DNA of 64,000 nucleotides from contig OZ247587.1 of assembly GCA_965233865.1 (NCBI GenBank), positions 64,001 to 128,000 on the forward strand, written 5' to 3'. The first letter of the stretch is position 1. Each line of letters opens with the position of its first letter. Source of the DNA: Candidatus Neptunichlamydia sp. Lineage in GTDB: Bacteria > Chlamydiota > Chlamydiia > Chlamydiales > Simkaniaceae. The notes under the pieces are model-generated. The model worked only from the letters and a program-made list of their open reading frames with translations, did no database searches and was not told the origin of the DNA. The position numbers and the translations under genes are program-made. This document shows, piece by piece, positions 19,590 through 28,170 of this stretch.

Positions 19590-20675
19590 TTGAAAGATTA
19601 TCATAATTTCCAGATTTGCCAGACGGCCACAGCAGTCCTTGGGGCTGCTTTATCGGACCTCATTCCCCAAGGATACCTTTTAAAGGGAGGTGCTGCAGGC
19701 TCCACCTTTTACTATGATATTGTCATGGGAGAGGCTCTCACAGAGGTGATGCTTCCACATCTAGAAAATCGGATGAGGGAGATCACATTAAAAGATCACC
19801 CCGTTAAGCTTCATGAGATGATTCCTTCGAATGCACTCGAGTTTTTTCGTCATAATCGCCGCTACTATCCCGCACATTTTGTTCAGCAAGCTCAAGGCCC
19901 CCTAGTGCAGGTAGTTCAAATCGATGCTTTTATTGATCTTGTAGAAGGGGAGTTTTTGGAAAAAACAGGTGAGCTAAGTCCTTTTAAACTCATAAAAATT
20001 GAAGAACGACTACCCCTACGTTTTCGGAAACAAGAGAAGCTAGTCTGTCGTGTTATAGGGCAGCTTAAAGTAGATGAGAAACGTCCTGTAAACCCCTTTA
20101 AGTTAGGAGAAGAACTAGGTCTTTTCGATGTTAGTATTAGTCGTGGCGCCGATTTCCTTGAAAAAAACAACCTATGTTGGAGAAAAAGAGGCGAAGCTTT
20201 ATTTTTCGAGCTGTATAAAAAGTGGCGAAAAGCTCATTTACAAGAGGGATTTGAATTAGTGGTTGGAGGGGCTTTAAGCTCAGGGCTCTCTGCAGAGTTT
20301 TTTCGTTCAAAGGAATGTCACTTTGACTTAGTGACGACAGTTTGTCTAGAAAAAGATTTACTCCTTTCTTTTCAAAAATGTATGAAAATTATTGAAAAAC
20401 TTTCTCTCATAGAGGGGGAGTGGAATGGGACTAGCCCCGAAACATTTCAAGAAACGTTTCGGGCGCTCAAAGTGGAGTGGAAAAAGGGAAAAGAGATCAG
20501 GATTGAAAGAAAAAAATCTTTTTTAACCGCGCAAAAAAACAAGGGATCCTATACTATAGTGCACTCAGTTTTCCCCTGCATGCAGCAGATGGTACTGCAT
20601 GTTTTAGCAGATAGTGAAAAAGATCTATCGCAAAAAAAAGAGTTATTGAGTATAGTGGCCGTTTGTGATGAATAG
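19590..20675 (+). CDS. Degenerate threonyl-tRNA-synthetase-like protein
   Basis: Echoes of the ThrRS editing domain (TATAVLGAAL...STFYYD, FIDLVEG) and start of the catalytic domain (KLGEELGLF, W.KRG...GFELV); directly upstream of infC. TTG 19590 chosen because the track start overlaps the tRNA. Confidence 0.7.
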   Translation: MKDYHNFQICQTATAVLGAALSDLIPQGYLLKGGAAGSTFYYDIVMGEALTEVMLPHLENRMREITLKDHPVKLHEMIPSNALEFFRHNRRYYPAHFVQQAQGPLVQVVQIDAFIDLVEGEFLEKTGELSPFKLIKIEERLPLRFRKQEKLVCRVIGQLKVDEKRPVNPFKLGEELGLFDVSISRGADFLEKNNLCWRKRGEALFFELYKKWRKAHLQEGFELVVGGALSSGLSAEFFRSKECHFDLVTTVCLEKDLLLSFQKCMKIIEKLSLIEGEWNGTSPETFQETFRALKVEWKKGKEIRIERKKSFLTAQKNKGSYTIVHSVFPCMQQMVLHVLADSEKDLSQKKELLSIVAVCDE

Positions 20676-20686
20676 GATGAAATCAT

Positions 20687-21193
20687 TTGAGAGTTAACAG
20701 AGAAATACGCGCTCCACAAGTTCGACTGATAGGAAAAGATGGGAAGCAAGTAGGCGTAGTTACGATAGATCAAGCACAAACGCAAGCAAAACAAGATGGA
20801 CTCGACCTCGTTGAGATTTCTCCGAATGCGAAACCACCTGTTTGCAAAGTTATAGATTATGGAAAATTCCGCTACCAAATGACAAAAAAAGAGCGGGAAA
20901 GTAAAAAAGCACAGCACCAGGCCAAGCTTAAAGAAGTAAAGGTCAAACCGAACATTGACGAGCATGATCTTCAAGTGAAGATTAAAAGGGCCCGAGAATT
21001 TATAGAGAAAGGGAACAAAGTACGCGTCACCTGTATGTTTCGCGGAAGAGAGATGGCTCACCAAGAATTGGGTCAGAAGGTTGCTCTTAGAATCGCTGAG
21101 GAACTCAGCGATGTCGCGCAGACCGAATCTCCTCCAAAGCAGATGGGTCGAAACTTTAGTTTGGTGCTCGCCCCATTGGGCAAGAAGAAGTAA
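20687..21193 (+). CDS. infC: Translation initiation factor IF-3
   Basis: [45 protein letters not shown] start. Confidence 0.97.
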   Translation: MRVNREIRAPQVRLIGKDGKQVGVVTIDQAQTQAKQDGLDLVEISPNAKPPVCKVIDYGKFRYQMTKKERESKKAQHQAKLKEVKVKPNIDEHDLQVKIKRAREFIEKGNKVRVTCMFRGREMAHQELGQKVALRIAEELSDVAQTESPPKQMGRNFSLVLAPLGKKK

Positions 21194-21209
21194 CAATCGG
21201 AGAAGAAAC

Positions 21210-21404
21210 GTGCCTAAAATGAAAACCAAGAAAGCGATCCGAAAGCGCTTTAAGAAGACAGGAACAGGGAAACTCATGCGGACAAAGCAGGGTCGCCGAC
21301 ACATCCTAACAAAGAAAACTTCGAAGAGGAAACGGCAGCTTAAAAAGCAAACTGTGTTGAGCGAAGCCTTTTCAAACAAATATAAGCGCTTAGCGTGCAT
21401 GTAA
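21210..21404 (+). CDS. rpmI: 50S ribosomal protein L35
   Basis: GTG start, [20 protein letters not shown]; lies between infC and rplT. Confidence 0.95.
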   Translation: MPKMKTKKAIRKRFKKTGTGKLMRTKQGRRHILTKKTSKRKRQLKKQTVLSEAFSNKYKRLACM

Positions 21405-21420
21405 AAGGAGAAAGGGAATT

Positions 21421-21780
21421 ATGGTAAGAGTAAGAAGTAGAGTCGCTTCAAGAAAGCGTCGCAAAAGATTATTAAAGAGAGCAAAAGGGTTTGTTGGAGA
21501 CAGAAAAAATCACGTCCGACTTACTCAAGATGCAGTGATGAAAGCCATGGCCTTTAGCACCATGCACAGAAAGAAAAAGAAAGGGGACTTTCGTCGCCTG
21601 TGGATCACCCGTATCGGAGTGGCTGCAAAGGCTCAAGGGATTTCCTATAGTCGCCTGATTAACGGACTGACCAAAGCGGGAGTCTCTATCGATCGGAAGA
21701 TGCTTTCTGATATCGCCATTCGTGACCCCAAAAGTTTTGCGGCGGTTGCGGATACTGCAAAAGTAGCACTCGCCTCATAA
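21421..21780 (+). CDS. rplT: 50S ribosomal protein L20
   Basis: KRAKGF, FRRLWITRI, SYSRLINGL, DRKMLSDIA. Confidence 0.97.
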   Translation: MVRVRSRVASRKRRKRLLKRAKGFVGDRKNHVRLTQDAVMKAMAFSTMHRKKKKGDFRRLWITRIGVAAKAQGISYSRLINGLTKAGVSIDRKMLSDIAIRDPKSFAAVADTAKVALAS

Positions 21781-21792
21781 AAACATTCTAAA

Positions 21793-21811
21793 GCCCCCGA
21801 TATTCGGGGGC
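21793..21811 (+). promoter_or_regulatory. GC-rich hairpin between rplT and pheS
   Basis: GCCCCCGA-TAT-TCGGGGGC, 8-bp stem ending 9 nt before the pheS ATG; no U tract. Confidence 0.35.
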
Positions 21812-21820
21812 AAGTTACCT

Positions 21821-22843
21821 ATGAAACAAAAAATCGAATCTCTCAAAAAATCTTTCAAATCTGAAATTGAAAATGCGACTGTTGCAAAAGATTTAGAGCA
21901 GATCCGTATCAAATATCTTGGAAAGAAAAGCCCTATTCAAGCCCTTATGCAAGACCTGAAGAATTGCACCGCTGAAGAGCGTCCCGAAATGGGAAAACTG
22001 ATTAATACCTTGAAGCAAGAAGTTTCAAAGGAGATTGATATCCACTACGAAACGTTTCAATCAAAAGAACTTTCTCTTAGACTGGTAGCGGAAAAAGTTG
22101 ATGTGACACTTCCTGGGCGTCGCTCAAATTCAGGTGGAATGCATCCTATTTCTCAAATGCTGACGGAAGTCACAGAGATTTTAATAGGGATGGGATTTTC
22201 TGTTCAGGAGTGCCCAGAGATTGAAACTGAATACTACAACTATGGAGGACTTAACTATCCTCCTGACCATCCAGCAAGAGATATGCAGGATACCTTCTAC
22301 ATTACCCCTGATATTCTCCTTCGCTCTCACACCACTTCGATTCAACAGCATATGATGGAGAATGTCCAGCCCCCCATTAGGATTCTATCTCCTGGAAAAT
22401 GCTACCGCAATGAGACCATTACCTCTCGTTCCCATGTTTTTTTTCATCAGGTTGATGTCCTTTATATAGATAAAGACGTGACTTTTTCCGACTTATTAGC
22501 AACAAAAGAAGAATTCTATACAAAAATATTTAAACAGAAAATTGATCTTCGAGTCCGACCGAGCTACTTCCCTTTTGTTGAGCCGGGGATGGAAATTGAT
22601 ATTAAATGTACCAGCTGTGCAGGAAGCGGGTGCGTGCTTTGCAAGCATACGGGGTGGCTTGAGGTTGCTGGAGCTGGGATGGTCCACCCAAAAGTCTTAA
22701 GAGAGGGAGGGATTGATCCTGAAGTTTACTCCGGCTATGCCTGGGGGGGGGGGATTGAAAGACTTTTTATGCTCCGCCATGGGATCAATGATATCCGTCT
22801 TTTCACCGAGAATGATAGCCGTTTTCTCTCCCAATTCAGATAA
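21821..22843 (+). CDS. pheS: Phenylalanine--tRNA ligase alpha subunit
   Basis: HPARDMQDTFY, LLRSHT, PGKCYRNE, FHQV, YFPFVEPG, GAGMVHP, GIERL. Confidence 0.97.
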   Translation: MKQKIESLKKSFKSEIENATVAKDLEQIRIKYLGKKSPIQALMQDLKNCTAEERPEMGKLINTLKQEVSKEIDIHYETFQSKELSLRLVAEKVDVTLPGRRSNSGGMHPISQMLTEVTEILIGMGFSVQECPEIETEYYNYGGLNYPPDHPARDMQDTFYITPDILLRSHTTSIQQHMMENVQPPIRILSPGKCYRNETITSRSHVFFHQVDVLYIDKDVTFSDLLATKEEFYTKIFKQKIDLRVRPSYFPFVEPGMEIDIKCTSCAGSGCVLCKHTGWLEVAGAGMVHPKVLREGGIDPEVYSGYAWGGGIERLFMLRHGINDIRLFTENDSRFLSQFR

Positions 22844-22875
22844 GCCATAAAGAATAAATTTTTAATAAAACTTTC

Positions 22876-22905
22876 TTGCCATTTAGAGCCGGTAAAGATT
22901 ATACT
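22876..22905 (+). promoter_or_regulatory. Sigma66/70-like promoter of tRNA-Ser
   Basis: TTGCCA-18 nt-TATACT, ending 24 nt upstream of the tRNA. Confidence 0.55.
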
Positions 22906-22929
22906 CCCATCTCAACAATTGCGTATTAT

Positions 22930-23014
22930 GGAAGAGTGGCAGAGTGGCCGAATGCGTCTGTCTTGAAAACAGAAGTCCTGCAAGGGACCGGGGGTTCGAA
23001 TCCCTCCTCTTCCG
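22930..23014 (+). tRNA. tRNA-Ser(UGA)
   Basis: Acceptor GGAAGAG/CTCTTCC, anticodon arm TCTGT-CTTGAAA-ACAGA, long variable arm GTCCT-GCAA-GGGAC, GTTCGAATCC, discriminator G. Confidence 0.96.
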
Positions 23015-23341
23015 TTTCTTAAATCTATCCATAACACATTCTCCCTTCAGCGTTTGCAATTAAAAAGCATAAAAAATATTGCTGCGTTGCTCTGCTTTAA
23101 AATGGAAAAAATGCCAAAAAAAGCACATTTTAAGCACAGCAATCATTTAGAGATGCTTTTATAAGGAGCTTTTGGAAAAAACATCTTGAGAAAGTCCCTC
23201 CATTGCATCAAGGGAAAAGGGGACCTATCCGATAGATGGTCCTTTGCCTCTTTCTGCTCATTAATGTTCTTTTATAAATGGCATTGAATATATTTGAAAA
23301 CCATTATAGAGTGAAAAATTGAGATAGAATGAAGGAAAATC

Positions 23342-23837
23342 ATGAAGCGACTTGAGCCCGGCATCAAAAAAATCCTGGGAAAAAGAGAGATTACTACAGG
23401 GTACAGATTCGACTTAAAGGACATAAGCACCTGTCAAGAAATTTTGATAAATATCAAGATGCAAGGAACTAGCGCTATGAAACAATAGAGGCAATGCAAT
23501 CTCACCGTCCTTATGAGACAACTCAAATGCGTCGAATGACCCTTGGGGATTTAATCGATAGATATATTGCTTCAGAAATGGATGAAGAGTCGAGTAACTA
23601 TCAAACACGGCTTGGACAGCCTCAGTGGTGGAAAGAGGAGATTGGTCACCGTAGGTTAACACAAGTCACAGAAGACCTTATCTGTCAGTGTCGGGATAAA
23701 TTACTCAAGATGAAAGACCAATTTGGTCGGTTTCGCTCAAAACCCATATGTATAGTCACCTTGTTTTGGACCAATCGATAGAAGCTATTAATCGTTTTGG
23801 AGACTTCTTATCCGGCGAGGTATCAGTGTTCATTTAA
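23342..23837 (+). pseudogene. Tyrosine integrase pseudogene
   Basis: ATG 23342, frameshift near 23385, then YRVQIRLKGH..., TAG at 23470 where Trp is expected, TLGDLIDRY...WWKEEIG...CRDKL. A deletion then joins this to the C-terminal tail THMYSHL (catalytic Tyr region, 23742-23837). Confidence 0.82.
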
Positions 23838-23903
23838 ATTTAGTATTGATAAAATTAGGGCAGTAATGTATGTCTAAAATTTATAAGAAAAAATGGTGAT
23901 AAT

Positions 23904-24875
23904 ATGACTCAATCTCCAAACCTAAAACTCCAAATTGAAGAGCTATCAGGGCTCTTTTTCAAAAGAGATAGTGAAATCAATCGCATTAGACATGAGTGGA
24001 ATGAGGCTCTTCTTGCACGACCTCTGGAACTTATCATAGATTTTTGGATTGAGCAGGTAACAGAAAAGAAAAAACTAAGCAAAGAAACGGCTCACAACTA
24101 CCAAAGATATTTAAAAGATCTTCGAGCAAAGGGAATCCTACCAAAAAACGTTGAAGACGGCTCTCCCTTTACCTTGGAAGTGTTTAAATCGAACAGTCAA
24201 ACTGTCTTCAAAGCACTTTTAAATTATCCAGATCTTACTCAGCAGGAAAAACGATTCCGTCTAAATGCCCTCACATCCTTTGTAAACTTTTTAAATGAAA
24301 TCACCACTGGGGTCATCCGTAAACTCTCGATCCCTAAAGAGCTGGAGCTTAAGAAAACGGTACGCTCTACGGCTCCAAGAGTTCTTACTTTGACAGAGTG
24401 GCATCAGTTTTGGACTGCTTTAGAAAAGATCTCTTTCAGAGATTGTCTAATAGCAAAGATCATGCATTTCACAGCCCGTCCTCTTCTAAGGGTGCTTGAG
24501 TTAAAGACGACCAATTTAAAATATGAAGCAAATGTACAAGTTACCTTTAATAAAACTGATGGTCGTGATTGCGTGATACAGCTCGATTCAAAAATGAAAG
24601 ATGATCTTGAAAAATATCTCGAAAGCACCAAGAGTGCTCGTCTAGGAAACGATCAAACCCTTTTTATCACTTCACAAGGAAAACCGATCTATCGCACTCA
24701 TCTGACTCAAGTCTTTAAAAGAGCTAGCTTAGAAGCAGACCTTGGATTTTTTGTAAGCGCGAAAATGATTCAATGGTCACACGTCTACGATATGTTAAAC
24801 AGAATGAACTTCAGTAAAGCGCTGATTACTGAAAAATTGAAATTAAAAAATTTATCTAAACATTTGGAGGTTTAG
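23904..24875 (+). CDS. pGP8/pGP7-like tyrosine-recombinase-fold protein lacking catalytic residues
   Basis: Resembles chlamydial plasmid integrase pGP8 along its length (FLNEITTGVI, LEKISFRDCLIAKIM, LFITSQGK...F.RA); HxLR, GH and Tyr motifs are absent. Confidence 0.8.
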   Translation: MTQSPNLKLQIEELSGLFFKRDSEINRIRHEWNEALLARPLELIIDFWIEQVTEKKKLSKETAHNYQRYLKDLRAKGILPKNVEDGSPFTLEVFKSNSQTVFKALLNYPDLTQQEKRFRLNALTSFVNFLNEITTGVIRKLSIPKELELKKTVRSTAPRVLTLTEWHQFWTALEKISFRDCLIAKIMHFTARPLLRVLELKTTNLKYEANVQVTFNKTDGRDCVIQLDSKMKDDLEKYLESTKSARLGNDQTLFITSQGKPIYRTHLTQVFKRASLEADLGFFVSAKMIQWSHVYDMLNRMNFSKALITEKLKLKNLSKHLEV

Positions 24876-24899
24876 CAATAAAAACAGGAGAAAAAGGAA

Positions 24900-24925
24900 T
24901 GCCCGCATGCGCCAACATACGGGCA
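24900..24925. promoter_or_regulatory. Stem-loop with CGCCAA/TTGGCG loop
   Basis: TGCCCG-C-ATG[CGCCAA]CAT-A-CGGGCA. Confidence 0.4.
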
Positions 24926-25207
24926 AACTGGAAGTAGTTATTCTAGGCTCTTTCTCTCCCCAATTACCCAACATAGATCTATTAGAGTCAAACACAATGT
25001 GTATTGATTTTAGTCGATCACGGTGTTCTTTTTGCTAAGCCTCCTTAACAAAGGAGAATTCCATTCGCTAGTTACTTTACAAGCAGCCAGAAGGCCTGGA
25101 AGAATGCCTTGTCAGGCTATCAAACAGAATTTTTATTAGAGAGAGGGAATTTTTTCATTTTCTCTCTTTCCAAGGCAAAACAAATCCAATCGAGAGGGAG
25201 TAGAGTT

Positions 25208-25519
25208 ATGTACACAACAGATAATATGCAAGAGCTGTGGAAGCGAGAAATTTATAACGCACTTCCTGAACACTTGAACGAGAAAGATCTTGTGGCCTGG
25301 GGGTTTTATAAAAGTTTGCATGCTCTGCGCCAAGACCGGCAGGAAGGATTTAGCCCTCTTTTTAGAAGAAATGAAGAAGGTCAAAACATCTATTTAAAGG
25401 ATGATCTCGTTAGGTGGTCAGAGGTGTCTTCTAAACCAGGCCGAATCCTTTCCTTTCCAAAACAAGAAAAGAAAAAATATCAAAATAAGGAAGAAGTGCA
25501 GCTCACCTTTTTTGATTAG
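25208..25519 (+). CDS. Xis/AlpA-like helix-turn-helix DNA-binding protein
   Basis: LNEKDL...LRQDRQEGFSPLFRR....IYLKDDLVRW fits the excisionase/MerR-like HTH; GGGAG RBS before ATG 25208. Confidence 0.65.
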   Translation: MYTTDNMQELWKREIYNALPEHLNEKDLVAWGFYKSLHALRQDRQEGFSPLFRRNEEGQNIYLKDDLVRWSEVSSKPGRILSFPKQEKKKYQNKEEVQLTFFD

Positions 25520-25577
25520 AAACGGAGCGTTGGAGCACTCTTTCAGCGCCTAAATTTAATCGTCAATAAATAGCAGT

Positions 25578-27869
25578 ATGGAATTTAACATGTTTATAGC
25601 CAATGGAACTGACACACAAGATAGAAGAGATCTCGAAATGAAAGGTGCAGCTTTTTATGAGTTTACTCAACAACCTCTCTGAGTTATCAGCGCAAAAACA
25701 GGAGAGCCCAAGCAGCTCAATGGTAAGTATGCTAAATCCAACGATTCAACAACTTGGCATAGTCACTCTGAAGTTCTTAGCAAATGTTCAAAAGAAGAAT
25801 TTCCAGCACTCGCATTACAAAAGGAGTCTCATCTGGTTTTTATAGATTTGGATAATGTCCGTAATCCAGATACTGGCCACATTCTTCCATGGGCTGATGA
25901 GCTCATTAGACAATTAAATAGCTACACTGAAATCAGCCGTTCGAATTCAGGCATCCATATTTTCCTGTATGGACAAGCCCCCCTTTTAGAAAATGAAAAG
26001 TTGCGTTGCAAAGCATCAAATATCCTAGGGACATGCCCTGATTTCGAAATATTTTTTAAAAATAAATTTGCAACGATTACCGGAAACATTCTTGTCGATC
26101 AACCAATTCGTCAAGTGGCGAAAAATGAAATCCTTCAAATTTACCGAATGTTTTTCCCAAAAGATACATTCGAAGACATATCTGCTCAAAAACTAGAAAA
26201 CAGCCCGAGCATGACGAATGAAGAATTGCTGGAGCGGGCACGCCATGCAAAGAATGGTCGACGCTTTAGCGACCTTTATGATCGCGGCAGCTGGAATAGT
26301 CGTTACAGTAGCGCATCAGAGGCAGATATGGCATTGACTGGTATGCTGGCATTTTATAGTCAGAAAGAAGAGCAGTTGATAGAGTTGCTGATGGCATCAG
26401 CGCTTTATCGAGAAAAATGGAAAGAAAGAGAGAACTACCTTCCAACTCTCGTTCAAAAAGTGTTAAGCACAGCTCAAGGAACCTTCCAATCTCCTTCAAT
26501 ACGCATCAAGATATTAGCAAAAGAAATTTTGAAAGAGGAAAATCCTTGTAAAGATTTTAGCTTGGGTCTTTTCCCATCCTGCGTAAAAGAATACGTGTGC
26601 TCTATAACAGAGCACTGTGAGGCGCATCCCATTACGACACTAGGATCTGTTTTAAGCATAACCTCAAGTTATGGGAGTCGATGCTATGTCGATTACTTTA
26701 GGAAACTCTTTCCCAACACTTATCAACTGAATTTAAAAGCTTCAGGAGGAGGCAAATCAACTGCACTCAACAAAGGAGCACACTATGCTCTGATTAGAGA
26801 ACAAGAAATCGCTAAGGATCTCAAAATCCGCATTGATAATGCCGCTGCACAAGAAAGTAAAAAAGACGAACAGAAACAGATCAAAGAAGCGCTTAAGCAG
26901 CGCGCTAACCTCTCAAGACTTATGCCTTCACGAACAACTGCCCAAAGATTATTTACAGACCTTGGAAACGGTCATAGAGGAGTCGTGCTTCTATCGGAAT
27001 TTAGTGGATGGCTTGATGATTTAGAGGTTAACTATAATGCTACGATAAAAGTCACATTAACAGAGCTTTATGACTGTCCAGAGTTCTTTGAAGTTAGGCT
27101 TAAAAGTAACATTCAGGCTCCTGAGATCCTGATTAATCCTTTTTTCGGGATTATGGGGGTCTGTACCCCAGAATGGATTGAAGGGAAGCTAAAATCTGAG
27201 GATATTTTTAAGGGCTTTCTGGCTCGGTTTTTGCTTTTTTGGATAAAAGATAAGCCCAAAAAGCCAAGAGCTTTGTCCGGCAGTAAATGGGTTCCCCCAG
27301 AATCATTAAAAAACGCCCTTGAAAAGGCAGAGCAATTTGAAGGGGAATATTTTCTCCGAGAAGAAGCTGAAATCGTATTTGTCATGATCTACGATTATCT
27401 TTGGGATAGCCTTTTAACCGATTTCCCTCTTGAAGAGCAGTTTGCTATTATTGAACCTTTTCTAAAACGATGGATTCTATCAATTTTGAAAATAGCCTTA
27501 GCATTTCATCTGCTCGAAGAACCAGAAAATCGTAACATTGCAGCCCGGCATGTTCAAGCAGGTGCCTATTATGTCGGATTTGCCATTAGTAGTACTCTTC
27601 ACATATTAAAAAGTGGACTCTTTGGTAGCCAATTTGATAGAGACTGTCAATCAGTGATAAAATTTTTCGCTGAAAGAGGGGGTTCTGTAATGCGAAAAGA
27701 TATTCTAAAGGCAAAGCGACTCAAACAAGGAAGGAAGTATGCTGGTGTGCAGACTTATGATGACATTCTTGACTTCCTGTTAGAGAGCGGGCAACTTGCA
27801 GTTAAAGAGTGCCAAGCAAAAAGTAAGAGGACCTATAGACTCAGCGTTGAAAAAGGGAGTGGAAAATGA
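25578..27869 (+). pseudogene. NrS-1-type primase-polymerase fused to a helical-bundle domain and a DUF3987/YfjI-like P-loop domain; one internal stop
   Basis: Frame is open from ATG 25578 except TGA at 25680 (PL*VI, Trp expected). Motifs: AKSNDSTTW, FIDLD, SYTEISRSNSGIHI, SASEADMAL...LYREKW, ASGGGKST, LLSEFSGWL. Confidence 0.78.
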
Positions 27870-27879
27870 GGAGCATCGT

Positions 27880-28142
27880 TCGAAAGCAATCGAAACGCTT
27901 TTCGATTCAACATGACAACCCCATAGTTCTTATTTTCAACAATATACATCCTATTCAATTAGAAGATCGAAAAGTCGAAAGGGTAGAGAGCATTTTTTTC
28001 ATTTTCAAACTTTTCTTAAACCTATCCGCATTTCGATTTTTCGATCACCATAAAATTTCTTTTTCTTTCATATCATACAATCTTGACTATCAAAAAATTA
28101 ACGAACTTTTCATTAGTCGAAATAGGCTTCGATTGCTTTCGA
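27880..28142. repeat. Nested inverted repeats, putative replication origin
   Basis: Outer IR 27880-27905 / 28117-28142 (22/26 match, first 15 perfect); inner IR 27965-27980 / 28031-28046 (15/16); ten TCGA cores with AT-rich spacers. Confidence 0.65.
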
Positions 28143-28170
28143 TTCCTTTCCTTCAAGGGGAACTTTCTCT

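Noticed and set aside
20549..21400. 283-aa minus-strand ORF
   Set aside because: Antisense shadow of infC-rpmI with no motif.
23120..23260. AAGCACA direct repeats and an imperfect hairpin as integrase arm sites
   Set aside because: Too short to separate from background, and I found no matching set at the distal att.
25680..25682. TGA read as Trp (alternative genetic code) in the primpol gene
   Set aside because: Core genes such as dcd, murB and cysD end in TGA, and neighbouring island genes carry deletions, frameshifts and a TAG lesion, so a nonsense mutation is simpler.
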